Source of the DNA: Deltaproteobacteria bacterium
Lineage (GTDB): Bacteria > Myxococcota_A > Polyangia > Fen-1088
Direction of reading: 5' to 3'
DNA length: 64,000 nucleotides
Assembly: GCA_033763315.1 (NCBI GenBank)
Contig: JANRKS010000008.1
Coordinates: forward strand, 32,001-96,000
Positions 48,511 through 57,212 of this stretch are shown in pieces (positions within the stretch are counted from its first letter, which is position 1; each line of letters opens with the position of its first letter). The notes beneath the pieces are model-generated. The model saw only the letters and a list, made by a program, of their open reading frames with translations. It was not told the DNA's origin and searched no databases. Both the position numbers and the translations under genes were made by a program.

Positions 48511-49754
48511 TTGGTCCTCACCTGTTCTGGGAAGCCTGCATTGCCGAAATTCGCAACGAACGCCGCACACAGAGCCGCGTCTAAAGGTGGCGGCGCTTGG
48601 CCCGCGAGTGTGTCCAAAAAGGCGCCCAGAATAGGCGCATCATGAGTGGAGTGAAACAGTTCGTCACGGCCATCACATTGCGATTCCGTCAATTCGAAGC
48701 CCGGCAGATCCGTGCGCGCCGCCAGCTTGTCCAATACCCCCGACAGTGATGCAATGACAGCCACCGCGAACGGGCCCCGCGATGTTGATTCCGATGGCAC
48801 CCCGCCTTGAGCAAGGAAGGCCTGGTACAGCGATCGTGCGAAGACGGTGCCCACACAGTAGAAGCTGTTTTCACACTTCTGGTTAACGGCCGCGAAGTCG
48901 AAAGCGCCTTTGATAAGGCTCCGTTGGGCTTTGACTCTTGGCTGCGCGGCAAGGACGTCCGTGCTGCCGGTCACGGCAAAGCTTAAAAAATCAGCCATGC
49001 CTTCGTTAAGACCACTGATCGCATACTCGAGCGCAAGACGATCGCGCGCCGGCAGTTGGCTGTTGTCGTCGATACAATCTGGAGGATCATTGGCGTTGAA
49101 GAAGTGCTCGAAGACCAGGTGACCAATTTCATGCGTCAGCACCATCTGGTCGGCCGACAGGGGCGCTTGTTCAAGCTCTGATCGCCGGGCCAAGCCGAAT
49201 TGATGAGCCCGCGGAACGAAGAAGGCATTGAACTTCTGGATCACAGTGGCGCTGACGTCTGAATCGATACGAACCCTGGGTTCAAAGAACACATCGATCG
49301 GACGTTTTGCGCCGAGATCGGGAATGTTAAAGCCCAGCACCTGCTCAACTGCCACAAACGAGCGTTCAAGGGCGTTGTAGGCAGACAGCATTGCCAGGCT
49401 GGAGTAATCGCGAGCCACGATCACCCCGCCCCGCACCGTGTACCGCAACTGTGGTGCGTGCCCCGCCGACAAACGTCCATCCAAGGCCACGGAGCCCGCC
49501 ACCTCACGCGCCACCAATTCGCCACCGCGGTAAAGGCGCACGTTTGGGCCGGTCAGGTTGTGAAAATCAATCAGCGTGGATAAGGTTTCTTCTTTCACGG
49601 CGAACGAGGTGGTCTCGTTGCTTTGCTCGAACCCATCCCACACGATCACCTGCGCCTTTACAACAGCCGGCGCATCGGACTCATACCCGCACGCCGGTGT
49701 GATCATAAGGAGCCCGAGCGCCACTACATTTCGCATCTTCATGTCGCTCATCAC
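48492..49754 (-). CDS. Lipoprotein zinc metalloprotease (gluzincin, M4/M36-like)
   Basis: Lipobox TPAC; KFNAFF, THEIGHLVF (HExxH) and GLNEGMADF third-ligand motif. Confidence 0.75.
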   Translation of the reverse strand: MMSDMKMRNVVALGLLMITPACGYESDAPAVVKAQVIVWDGFEQSNETTSFAVKEETLSTLIDFHNLTGPNVRLYRGGELVAREVAGSVALDGRLSAGHAPQLRYTVRGGVIVARDYSSLAMLSAYNALERSFVAVEQVLGFNIPDLGAKRPIDVFFEPRVRIDSDVSATVIQKFNAFFVPRAHQFGLARRSELEQAPLSADQMVLTHEIGHLVFEHFFNANDPPDCIDDNSQLPARDRLALEYAISGLNEGMADFLSFAVTGSTDVLAAQPRVKAQRSLIKGAFDFAAVNQKCENSFYCVGTVFARSLYQAFLAQGGVPSESTSRGPFAVAVIASLSGVLDKLAARTDLPGFELTESQCDGRDELFHSTHDAPILGAFLDTLAGQAPPPLDAALCAAFVANFGNAGFPEQVRTKCATAM

Positions 49755-49757
49755 CCA

Positions 49758-50576
49758 TCACCAATCTTTAGAAACGCTGATCCAAGGCGAGATCGGCACA
49801 CCAGTGCCGACGTAACCGCCGCCTTCAAGCAACCACTTGCCCAGCCGAAACGATGCCAAGGCGCGCGCAATCGCTGTTCGAAAATTCAGATCGTCCAGCT
49901 CGCCCACTTGCACCGAAGCGCCCGCGCTATCGGCCGAGACCAGCGTCAACGGAATGGACAGCAGCGTTGCACGAAGCTGCAACCACCGCACGACGGTGAA
50001 CTGGTAGGTGAGGCCCACACCCGCCAACGCCGCCGAAGCCACTTGAGCCGAGCCCGCCTTGCCCCGCACTTCGTCAGAGATCCGCAAATACAGCGCCATC
50101 ACATTAAGCGCCAGTTCGTGGCGGGCGCCAAGACGCTTCGATGTATTCCACAAAAACCAGGCGGGCAATACGCCCACGCGGTTTTCTTTGTCGCTTACGG
50201 CTACATACCCCGTTTGAAGATCGAGGATGGATGTGACCGTGCCGTCACCAAACAAACGATAGCGAGCGCGCACCAGCAAAGAAGGTTCGCCCGCAAGAAA
50301 GGGCAGCGCGCTTAAGGCGTACACACCCAGAGTCAAATCCCCCGTGAATCCGAAGTTCACACCGGTGGTTGGCAAGTCGGCCACCACATGGCCCTTTGCC
50401 ACCACGTTTGTGTCAAAGATGCCGGGAAAGCCAGTGGTGACGGAGGGTGGAGGAGACACTCTTTGTGCAAAACCCTCGCCCCGTTGCGCGTGGGCCGTGC
50501 TGATCTGAAAACACAGAGGCGAAACTGCCACGGTTAGGACTAGCCATAACAGATGAGTGAGGTTGGCTTTCTTCAT
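49758..50576 (-). CDS. Putative outer-membrane beta-barrel protein
   Basis: Signal peptide (AHA), alternating beta-strand pattern and a C-terminal PWISVSKDW. Confidence 0.55.
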   Translation of the reverse strand: MKKANLTHLLWLVLTVAVSPLCFQISTAHAQRGEGFAQRVSPPPSVTTGFPGIFDTNVVAKGHVVADLPTTGVNFGFTGDLTLGVYALSALPFLAGEPSLLVRARYRLFGDGTVTSILDLQTGYVAVSDKENRVGVLPAWFLWNTSKRLGARHELALNVMALYLRISDEVRGKAGSAQVASAALAGVGLTYQFTVVRWLQLRATLLSIPLTLVSADSAGASVQVGELDDLNFRTAIARALASFRLGKWLLEGGGYVGTGVPISPWISVSKDW

Positions 50577-50658
50577 GCGCTCATGGGCTCGTTTAACGCA
50601 ACTGAGAAGCGAAGGAAGAGGGATGTTGGGATATGGCTAGGCGCAACGGTGCCGGAGC

Positions 50659-52044
50659 TCAAAAGAGAGGGGGCTGGGGCGCTTGAGCCAACACCAACAA
50701 GCCGTCGACCGCGGAGCCTTTCTCCACACGAAGATGCACATGCTTGACCGTGGCGACCTGCAAGCCAGCCGCTTGCAGCACACTTTTCACATACGCCTCC
50801 GTTTGGCTGTAGCGGCCATGCGGATGCAAAACGTAACCCTGTTCGGAATCCGGGGCGCGTTCAACTGTGAAGCCCAATACGCCACCCGGTTTCAGTGACG
50901 CAGCCAAAGCCTGCACGGGTGGTTGCAGGTTGCCGAAATAGCAGAGCGTGTCTGCCGAGATCACCACATCGTAGGACGAAGGCCGCTTGGCAAAAAAGGC
51001 GGTGAGTTCATCCACGACCAGCTCATCATAGATGGGCCGTCCTTCGCTCTCCCTCTCCTTGGCCCGCGCCACCATCTTTTCAGATAGATCCACACCCACA
51101 AGCGTGCGCGCAAACGGCCGCAACAACGGCCCACACAAGCCCGTGCCGCAACCTGCGTCGGCAACGGCAAGGGTGCCAGACGTGGTGCCAAGATGTTCGT
51201 GTAGAGCATCGGCCAACAGCTGAGGCGCGCGGTACTGAAGTTTCTCGAGCACCTTATCGAAGCTGTTCGCAAAGCGATCAAAGGTTCCGGCCACATAAGC
51301 GTCTGACGCTCGTTCGGGAATGTGATCGTTCGTGCACGCCGCCAACATGTGCGCGGGATAGGGGTTCTCGGGTTCAATCTGCAGCCAGCGGCGGTACACG
51401 TCAGCCGCCTCCTCCACTTGCCCCACGGCGTAAAAGGCGGCCCCCAGGCCGCGGTACGAGTCGGCGTGCCGCGGGTGCAGAACCAGTGCCTGTTTGAACG
51501 CGGCCAAGGCTTCGATGTCTCGCTTTTGCTGCCGGTAGATGTTACCCAGCGTGTGGTAGGCCTCGGGGTGCTTGGGATCAAGCTCCAACGCCTTTTTCAC
51601 ACACTCCATCGCTTCATCGAGCTTGTCTTGCTCTTTAAGTGCCGCTGCCAAATTATTCCATGCATCGGCGTGGTTCGGTTCCAAAGTGATCACGTGCCGA
51701 TAGGCTTGGGCGGCCTTGTCGAACGCGTCGTTGATCGCAAGGATATTGCCAAGGTTGTTCCACGCCGCCGTGTAACGAGGAGCCACTTCAAGCGCACGCC
51801 GAATCAGGGACACACCGTCGTCGACGTGGCCCGTGTGGTACAGCGCCATGCCTTTGTAATGCAGGGCATCTGGTTGATCCGGAACCGCCGCCAAGACGCG
51901 ATCGCATATGGCGATGCCCGGGTTCACGTCACCCCCGCGTATGAGATCAATGGCCAACGCCAAAGCGTCAGTGACAGACATCTCACTTGGCAACGTGCGT
52001 GCGGCGGGCTCTTTCACTTCGGTGTTTTGCGACACGGGCCGCAC
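50659..52044 (-). CDS. TPR-repeat protein fused to a class I SAM methyltransferase
   Basis: Repeated AWNNLG/AYHTLG TPRs; YVAGTFDRFA...LQYRAP; DAGCGTGLCG and GVDLS. Confidence 0.9.
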   Translation of the reverse strand: MRPVSQNTEVKEPAARTLPSEMSVTDALALAIDLIRGGDVNPGIAICDRVLAAVPDQPDALHYKGMALYHTGHVDDGVSLIRRALEVAPRYTAAWNNLGNILAINDAFDKAAQAYRHVITLEPNHADAWNNLAAALKEQDKLDEAMECVKKALELDPKHPEAYHTLGNIYRQQKRDIEALAAFKQALVLHPRHADSYRGLGAAFYAVGQVEEAADVYRRWLQIEPENPYPAHMLAACTNDHIPERASDAYVAGTFDRFANSFDKVLEKLQYRAPQLLADALHEHLGTTSGTLAVADAGCGTGLCGPLLRPFARTLVGVDLSEKMVARAKERESEGRPIYDELVVDELTAFFAKRPSSYDVVISADTLCYFGNLQPPVQALAASLKPGGVLGFTVERAPDSEQGYVLHPHGRYSQTEAYVKSVLQAAGLQVATVKHVHLRVEKGSAVDGLLVLAQAPQPPLF

Positions 52045-52122
52045 ATTATCACTTTTTGGGCCCAGGCAAACGCGCCTTGGATCGGGCCAGCAAACGCCCC
52101 GCCACGGGTGTAGATTCAGGCC

Positions 52123-53202
52123 GTGAGCTGCATTTCCTCAATCCAGCACCAAGTTCTCGACGTCCCCTTGCTTGAGCCCTTTGGCATCGCCACGGGGGCG
52201 CAGCTCGTGGCGCAAAATGTGCTTGTGAAGGTCACGCTCGAAGATGGCACGGTGGGCTTGGGCGAAGCGGCCCCATTTCCCGCAGTGAATGGCGAAAACC
52301 AAGCGCAGGTGCTGGCCACCTTGCCCGCCCTGGCCACCAGACTAACGGGCCAATCGATTCTGAAACTGCGGCCCTTGGCAGAGCAAGCGCGCGGCGTTTT
52401 ATCCACCACACCCAGCGCGCTCGCCGCCGCCGAGATGGCGTTGCTCGATGCCTGGGCCAAACGAGCGAATGTGCCTATGTGGTCGTTCTTTGGTGGCAGC
52501 GAAACCGCCTTGCGCACCGATATCACCATCGTGACAGGCAGCGTGGCGCACGCCATCGACGCCGCCCAGCGCGCGTCTGCAGCGGGCTTTGATTTGTTGA
52601 AGCTAAAAATTGGCGGCGCGGATTTGGATCACGATCTCGCCCGCGTCCGCGCCATTGCAGCCACATGCCCGCAGGCCCGCTTCATCTTGGACGCCAACGC
52701 CAGTTTCACATCCGATGAAGCTTTGACCATGCTGTCCGCGCTTGGCGATCTTGTGGGTCGCGTGGTGCTGTTTGAACAACCAACGGCGGCGGGCAACATC
52801 GATGAACTGGCGCGCGTCACACGCGATGGTGGTGTGCTGGTGGCTGCTGATGAAAGCGCACGTTCAGTGGCCGACGTGGTGGCGATCGCAAAACACAACG
52901 CCGCCCAGGTGATCAACATTAAGACAATGAAGACGGGTGTGTTTGCGGCTTGGGACATGATGGTGGCCGCGCGTGCGTTCGGTTTGCAACTGATGGTGGG
53001 GGGCATGGTTGAAACCGAGCTGTCGATGAGCGTCAGTGCCTGCTTGGGCGGCGGGTTCGGCGGTGTGCGATTCTTCGATCTCGACACACCGTTGTTCATG
53101 GGCCCGCGCCCTTTGGTGGGCGGGTTCGTTCAGCAGGGGCCCGCGATTGACCTGCGCGGCATTGTTGCGGGGCACGGTGTGAGACAGCCCGCCGAGCGTT
53201 AA
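52123..53202 (+). CDS. L-Ala-D/L-Glu dipeptide epimerase (enolase superfamily)
   Basis: GLGEAAP, KLKIG, LDAN, FEQP, ADES, INIK and DLD motifs. Confidence 0.88.
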   Translation: MSCISSIQHQVLDVPLLEPFGIATGAQLVAQNVLVKVTLEDGTVGLGEAAPFPAVNGENQAQVLATLPALATRLTGQSILKLRPLAEQARGVLSTTPSALAAAEMALLDAWAKRANVPMWSFFGGSETALRTDITIVTGSVAHAIDAAQRASAAGFDLLKLKIGGADLDHDLARVRAIAATCPQARFILDANASFTSDEALTMLSALGDLVGRVVLFEQPTAAGNIDELARVTRDGGVLVAADESARSVADVVAIAKHNAAQVINIKTMKTGVFAAWDMMVAARAFGLQLMVGGMVETELSMSVSACLGGGFGGVRFFDLDTPLFMGPRPLVGGFVQQGPAIDLRGIVAGHGVRQPAER

Positions 53203-53205
53203 ACG

Positions 53206-53247
53206 CGCGAGGGGCTCACGACGCTCGATCGGTCGTGAGCCCTCGCG
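53206..53247. terminator. Strong hairpin between convergent genes
   Basis: CGCGAGGG(G)CTCACGAC-N9-GTCGTGAGCCCTCGCG, a 16-bp stem with one bulge; AAA on the left flank gives a minus-strand U-tract. Confidence 0.65.
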
Positions 53248-53275
53248 ACAAAGTTAAGCTAAAGCAACGCGCACT

Positions 53276-53857
53276 TCACTTCTTAGGCGGCAAAGGCAGC
53301 TCAGGTTTGCCCGCCACGTAATCAGTACAGACGTAGTAATCGATGCAGCCGTCACCGTCGCGATCTTCAAAGTACGGCTTGGCACAACCATCAGACGGCG
53401 GCAGGGGCTTGCACATGGTGGGCTCTTTGTCGTCCGGGCCGCCGACCGGCTCTCCCTGTTGATCGAGGCACGCGAAGTAGTCAATGCAACCGTCGTTGTC
53501 ACGATCTTCGATCAATGGCTTGCTGCAGCCGTCGAGCAACTCTTTGGGGAAGGGTTTGCACTCTGTTGGGTCTTTGTCGCCGGTGTAATCGGCGCACGTG
53601 TAAAGGTCGATGCAGCCGTCGCCGTCGCGATCTTCCCAACGAGGATCCATGCATTTGGCAGCAGCGGCTCTCTCCTCATCAAGCGGCTTGCACTTCTGGG
53701 CCGGTTCCATCCCGTCATTGCCGTCGGAACCGCCACTGCCCTGGCCGTAGCCGCCCTTGAGTGCGCCTTGCCTCACGGCGTCGGACACCAGCTCACAAGC
53801 CGGTGAGAAACAAAGCGGTGCCACGATGGCGGCCATCCAGAAACTCCGTTTAAGCAT
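53276..53857 (-). CDS. Lipoprotein with three Cys-rich DxDxDG repeats
   Basis: AGGAG RBS; lipobox SPAC; three copies of CKP...C..P..EDRD(G/N)DGCID.(Y/F).C. Confidence 0.8.
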   Translation of the reverse strand: MLKRSFWMAAIVAPLCFSPACELVSDAVRQGALKGGYGQGSGGSDGNDGMEPAQKCKPLDEERAAAAKCMDPRWEDRDGDGCIDLYTCADYTGDKDPTECKPFPKELLDGCSKPLIEDRDNDGCIDYFACLDQQGEPVGGPDDKEPTMCKPLPPSDGCAKPYFEDRDGDGCIDYYVCTDYVAGKPELPLPPKK

Positions 53858-53948
53858 TTTGACTTCTCCTTGTCAGGACGTTGAACGGCGGGCGCGAGGC
53901 AAATGTAGGTGACGTTTTCCCGCCCTGGCCTGCCGCGTTTTCAAGGAC

Positions 53949-53979
53949 GGAGACGAACCAGACGGCCGCACGGCTCAGC
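53949..53979 (-). promoter_or_regulatory. ECF-type promoter of the repeat lipoprotein
   Basis: Minus strand reads GCTGAGCCG-N15-CGTCTCC. Confidence 0.75.
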
Positions 53980-54077
53980 TTTTTTGAGGAAATTGCCGTG
54001 GTTGAGCTCGCGAAAGCGCCCGTCTGGCCGCTCGATGGATTGGCGCCTAGCATTTTTATCGCCATCCTTTAAAGAAG

Positions 54078-54108
54078 GCTGAGCCGCGCCGGCCCCTTGA
54101 GCGTCTCC
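54078..54108 (+). promoter_or_regulatory. ECF-type autoregulatory promoter of the sigma operon
   Basis: GCTGAGCCG-N15-CGTCTCC, with boxes and spacing identical to the divergent copy. Confidence 0.75.
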
Positions 54109-54121
54109 CCCGGGTAGCCCC

Positions 54122-54781
54122 GTGAACCGCCCTTTATCTCCCCCAAGCCCGCTGCATTTGGTTCGCACCAATGCCCCCGTCGCCTCGGCCATGGACGACG
54201 CCGAGATGGTATCGGGCGTGCTGCGCGGCGACCCGCAGGCCGCAGGCGCTTTGTGGGATCATTACATGCCTCTCGTGCGCGGCTTGATGGCCAAAACTCT
54301 GGGCAGCCGGTGTGAAGTGGACGATGGCGTTCAGGATGTGTTCTTGAAGTTGTTCAAAGGGCTTCCGCAGTTGCGCCAGGTTGAATCGCTGCGCAGCTAC
54401 ATCGTGGCCACTACGTTAACCACCGTTCGTTCCGAGTTGCGTAAACGCAAGCTGCGCCGCCTGTTTGGTTTCGAAACACAATGGCAAGAGCTACCGGAAG
54501 TGGCCGTCGCGCCCGCGGATGTGAGCACGCGCCAGGCGCTTCGGCGGCTTGAACAGGCGTTAGATCGATTGTCGCCCGACGATCGCCTCGCGTTTTGCCT
54601 GCGCTACGTGGAAGCCATGGAGTTGACCGAAGTGGCGGCGGCCACGGGATGGTCATTGGCCAGCACAAAGCGATACTTGGCTCGCGCCAAGAAACGCTTG
54701 TGGATCTTGGTTCACAAAGATCCCGAACTGGCCCCCTATTTAGATAAGGCCGCAGAGCATGCGGAGAAGGAATCGCAATGA
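54122..54781 (+). CDS. ECF RNA polymerase sigma factor
   Basis: Region 2 DDGVQDVFLKLF; region 4 LDRLSPDDRLAFCLRYVEAMELTEVA...STKRYLARA. Confidence 0.9.
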   Translation: MNRPLSPPSPLHLVRTNAPVASAMDDAEMVSGVLRGDPQAAGALWDHYMPLVRGLMAKTLGSRCEVDDGVQDVFLKLFKGLPQLRQVESLRSYIVATTLTTVRSELRKRKLRRLFGFETQWQELPEVAVAPADVSTRQALRRLEQALDRLSPDDRLAFCLRYVEAMELTEVAAATGWSLASTKRYLARAKKRLWILVHKDPELAPYLDKAAEHAEKESQ

Positions 54782-56208
54782 AACGCTCACCGCACGAGCC
54801 TTTGCGCGATGACGAACAAGAGCGCACGCTCAAAGCGCTGGCCGATCTCATGCGCGCGGGTGCCACGCCGCCTCCGACGTCACAACACCTGCGCTGGCGC
54901 ATGCTGCAAGCATGGCAACAAGACGCGCGACCAAATCGTCGTCGCTTGGTGTTCACGTGGGCACCTTTGGCGGCGGCCTGCGTTCTGGCTGTGTTCGTGG
55001 GTTGGCAATGGCACACAACACACGCCGCGCTGCAAGTGGTCGCGACCCGCGGGGGCAGTTCTACGCAGCCAAGCATTGGTGCCATGATGCCCGAGGGCAC
55101 CGAACTGCGTTTTTCAGAAGGCACAATCGCTTTGGTGCAGGCGAAGAGCCGCGCCATGGTTTCACGTTTGGATGCCCACGGCGCCACGGTCACGCTGGCG
55201 GATGGTGCGTTGCACCTCAACGTGGTGAAGCGCCCGCAGGCCGCCTGGCGTGTGCAAGCGGGGCCGTATCTGGTGCAGGTCACGGGCACGCGGTTCGACG
55301 TCCGTTGGGATGAAGCGCACAAACAATTTCAGATCGATCTGCAAGAAGGCAGCGTACGCGTGTCGGGCCCCGCCCTCAGCACGCCGCAAGCGCTCACGGC
55401 CGGGCACACACTGCGGGTGGACGGCGAGAAGGCGGCGATGACGATCACGCCCTTGCGCATGGAAACGTCCGGACCGATGGCGCCCCCGGTGCCACGCGCG
55501 CCTCCAGCCGGCGCCACACCGGCTGTCGTAACGCCATCACTGCCGCGGCCACGACGGGTGGCTTATGTGGCTGACCACGAGCGTGTGCCCAACGCATCCG
55601 CCATGGCAGCCGCCCCACAAAACACTGAGCCCCAGGCGCGGATAGAGGCGCCCACCCTTGCACCCGCGCCTGCCAATTTGCCGCCGCTGGAACCAGCGCC
55701 GCCGCCCGCACCGCCGCCTAAGCCACCCGCAACTTGGGCCACATGGTTGCAGGCGGGCGACTTCGCTGCGATTGTGAGCGATGCCGAGCGGCAGCAAGTA
55801 GACACGGTGGTTGCCGAGCGGCCGTTGGCGGATCTGCAAGCGTTGGCTGACGCCGGCCGCTACACGGGCAACGCGGCGGTGGCCCGCAAAGCGTTGCAGG
55901 CATTGCGCACACGCTTTGCTGACAGCGCGGCCGCACAAAAGGCCGCATTCGAATTGGGCCGTCTTGAAGACGATCACGCGCACGCCCCCGCGCGCGCGGT
56001 GCCTTGGTACGTGCGCTATCTTTCCGAATCACCACGAGGTGCCTTCGCCGAGGATGCGCTCGTGCGTTTAATGATGGCACATACGTCGCTCAAGCAGCAT
56101 GATTTGGCCGCGTTGGACGCTGATAAGTATCTGCAACTTTATCCCACGGGAAGCCACAGTGACCTCGCCAAGAAAGTCCTGCGGCGCGCGCCCGGCAGCC
56201 CCCGTTGA
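54778..56208 (+). CDS. FecR-domain anti-sigma factor with Pro-rich linker and TPR-like C-terminus
   Basis: Single TM helix; VQVTGTRFDVRW...LQEGSVRV; YLSESPRG and YLQLYPTG TPR-like ends; ATGA overlap with the sigma gene. Confidence 0.82.
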   Translation: MKRSPHEPLRDDEQERTLKALADLMRAGATPPPTSQHLRWRMLQAWQQDARPNRRRLVFTWAPLAAACVLAVFVGWQWHTTHAALQVVATRGGSSTQPSIGAMMPEGTELRFSEGTIALVQAKSRAMVSRLDAHGATVTLADGALHLNVVKRPQAAWRVQAGPYLVQVTGTRFDVRWDEAHKQFQIDLQEGSVRVSGPALSTPQALTAGHTLRVDGEKAAMTITPLRMETSGPMAPPVPRAPPAGATPAVVTPSLPRPRRVAYVADHERVPNASAMAAAPQNTEPQARIEAPTLAPAPANLPPLEPAPPPAPPPKPPATWATWLQAGDFAAIVSDAERQQVDTVVAERPLADLQALADAGRYTGNAAVARKALQALRTRFADSAAAQKAAFELGRLEDDHAHAPARAVPWYVRYLSESPRGAFAEDALVRLMMAHTSLKQHDLAALDADKYLQLYPTGSHSDLAKKVLRRAPGSPR

Positions 56209-57212
56209 TGCGCGGGCTTGGTTGGCATAGTTGTGTGTTGGCCGTGCTGCTTGCGTCACGGGTGGTGCATGCGCAAGCGGAGGCGCTTCCGTCGATCGTC
56301 TTGTCTGCCGCGCCCGATGTACCTTTGGGATTGGTCGCGCGCATGCGCGGTGAACTTACAGCGGCGGGTTTGCCACTTGGCTCCGGATTGCCGGGCCGGC
56401 AAAATGGTGGGGCGCGCGTTTCGATCGTGATTCGACAAACAGGCGGCGAACTCATCGCCGAACTTGAGGCCATCGACGAAACGGGCGCCACGCAGATGCG
56501 TGCGCTCAGTGTGCCGTTTGTGCCCGGCGACGCCGCCGATGTGGCGGAAGCCGGAAGTGAACTCGCCGTGCGCACGACAGAAGTCCTGCGAACACAATTG
56601 ACCTCTCGCACCCTGGATCTGGAGCCTTCGGCGGTGACTTCGCCCCCGAAGATCAACGTCATCGCAGCCAAAGCTTCCCCCGAAAAAACAAAGACGGCGC
56701 CACCACCGTGGTTGCTGAGCGCCGGGGCTGGGGTCGTGTCAGGTTTCATTTCTGGCCAAACACAGGTCACCACTGAATTGAACGCGGTTCACGTATGGCG
56801 TTCGGGCTTCTTCACGGGTCTGGCTTTCCTGCTGCCCTTTACACCGACGTCGTTGTCGAAAGAACAAGGCACGATTTCAGCCGAGGCTTACGTGGCGACA
56901 GTGGATGGCGGTTTCACTCGCAGCAGCGGGCGATGGCGCTGGTCGGGATTGGCCAGCGCCGGGTTGGCCGTGACGAACGTTGACGGAAATGCGATCGCTT
57001 CGTTCGTCTCGAACAAGGAGACCACATACGCGTTCGTGGCCGCCGCGGGCGGCAACGTGGGTGTCACGGTTGCCCCTCACGTGATGCTGTTGTTGCAGGC
57101 ACGCCTTATGACGTTGCAGCCACGGCCAGGCATTCGTGTGGCGGCCATGAACACAAGCACCGCGGCGTGGGTGTTGCCATCCGCCAGCGTAGCTTTGGGG
57201 GTGTCATGGTGA
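56205..57212 (+). CDS. Secreted/outer-membrane protein with C-terminal beta-barrel
   Basis: Signal peptide, Pro-rich linker and beta-strands ending ASVALGVSW; overlaps both neighbours. Confidence 0.65.
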   Translation: MMRGLGWHSCVLAVLLASRVVHAQAEALPSIVLSAAPDVPLGLVARMRGELTAAGLPLGSGLPGRQNGGARVSIVIRQTGGELIAELEAIDETGATQMRALSVPFVPGDAADVAEAGSELAVRTTEVLRTQLTSRTLDLEPSAVTSPPKINVIAAKASPEKTKTAPPPWLLSAGAGVVSGFISGQTQVTTELNAVHVWRSGFFTGLAFLLPFTPTSLSKEQGTISAEAYVATVDGGFTRSSGRWRWSGLASAGLAVTNVDGNAIASFVSNKETTYAFVAAAGGNVGVTVAPHVMLLLQARLMTLQPRPGIRVAAMNTSTAAWVLPSASVALGVSW

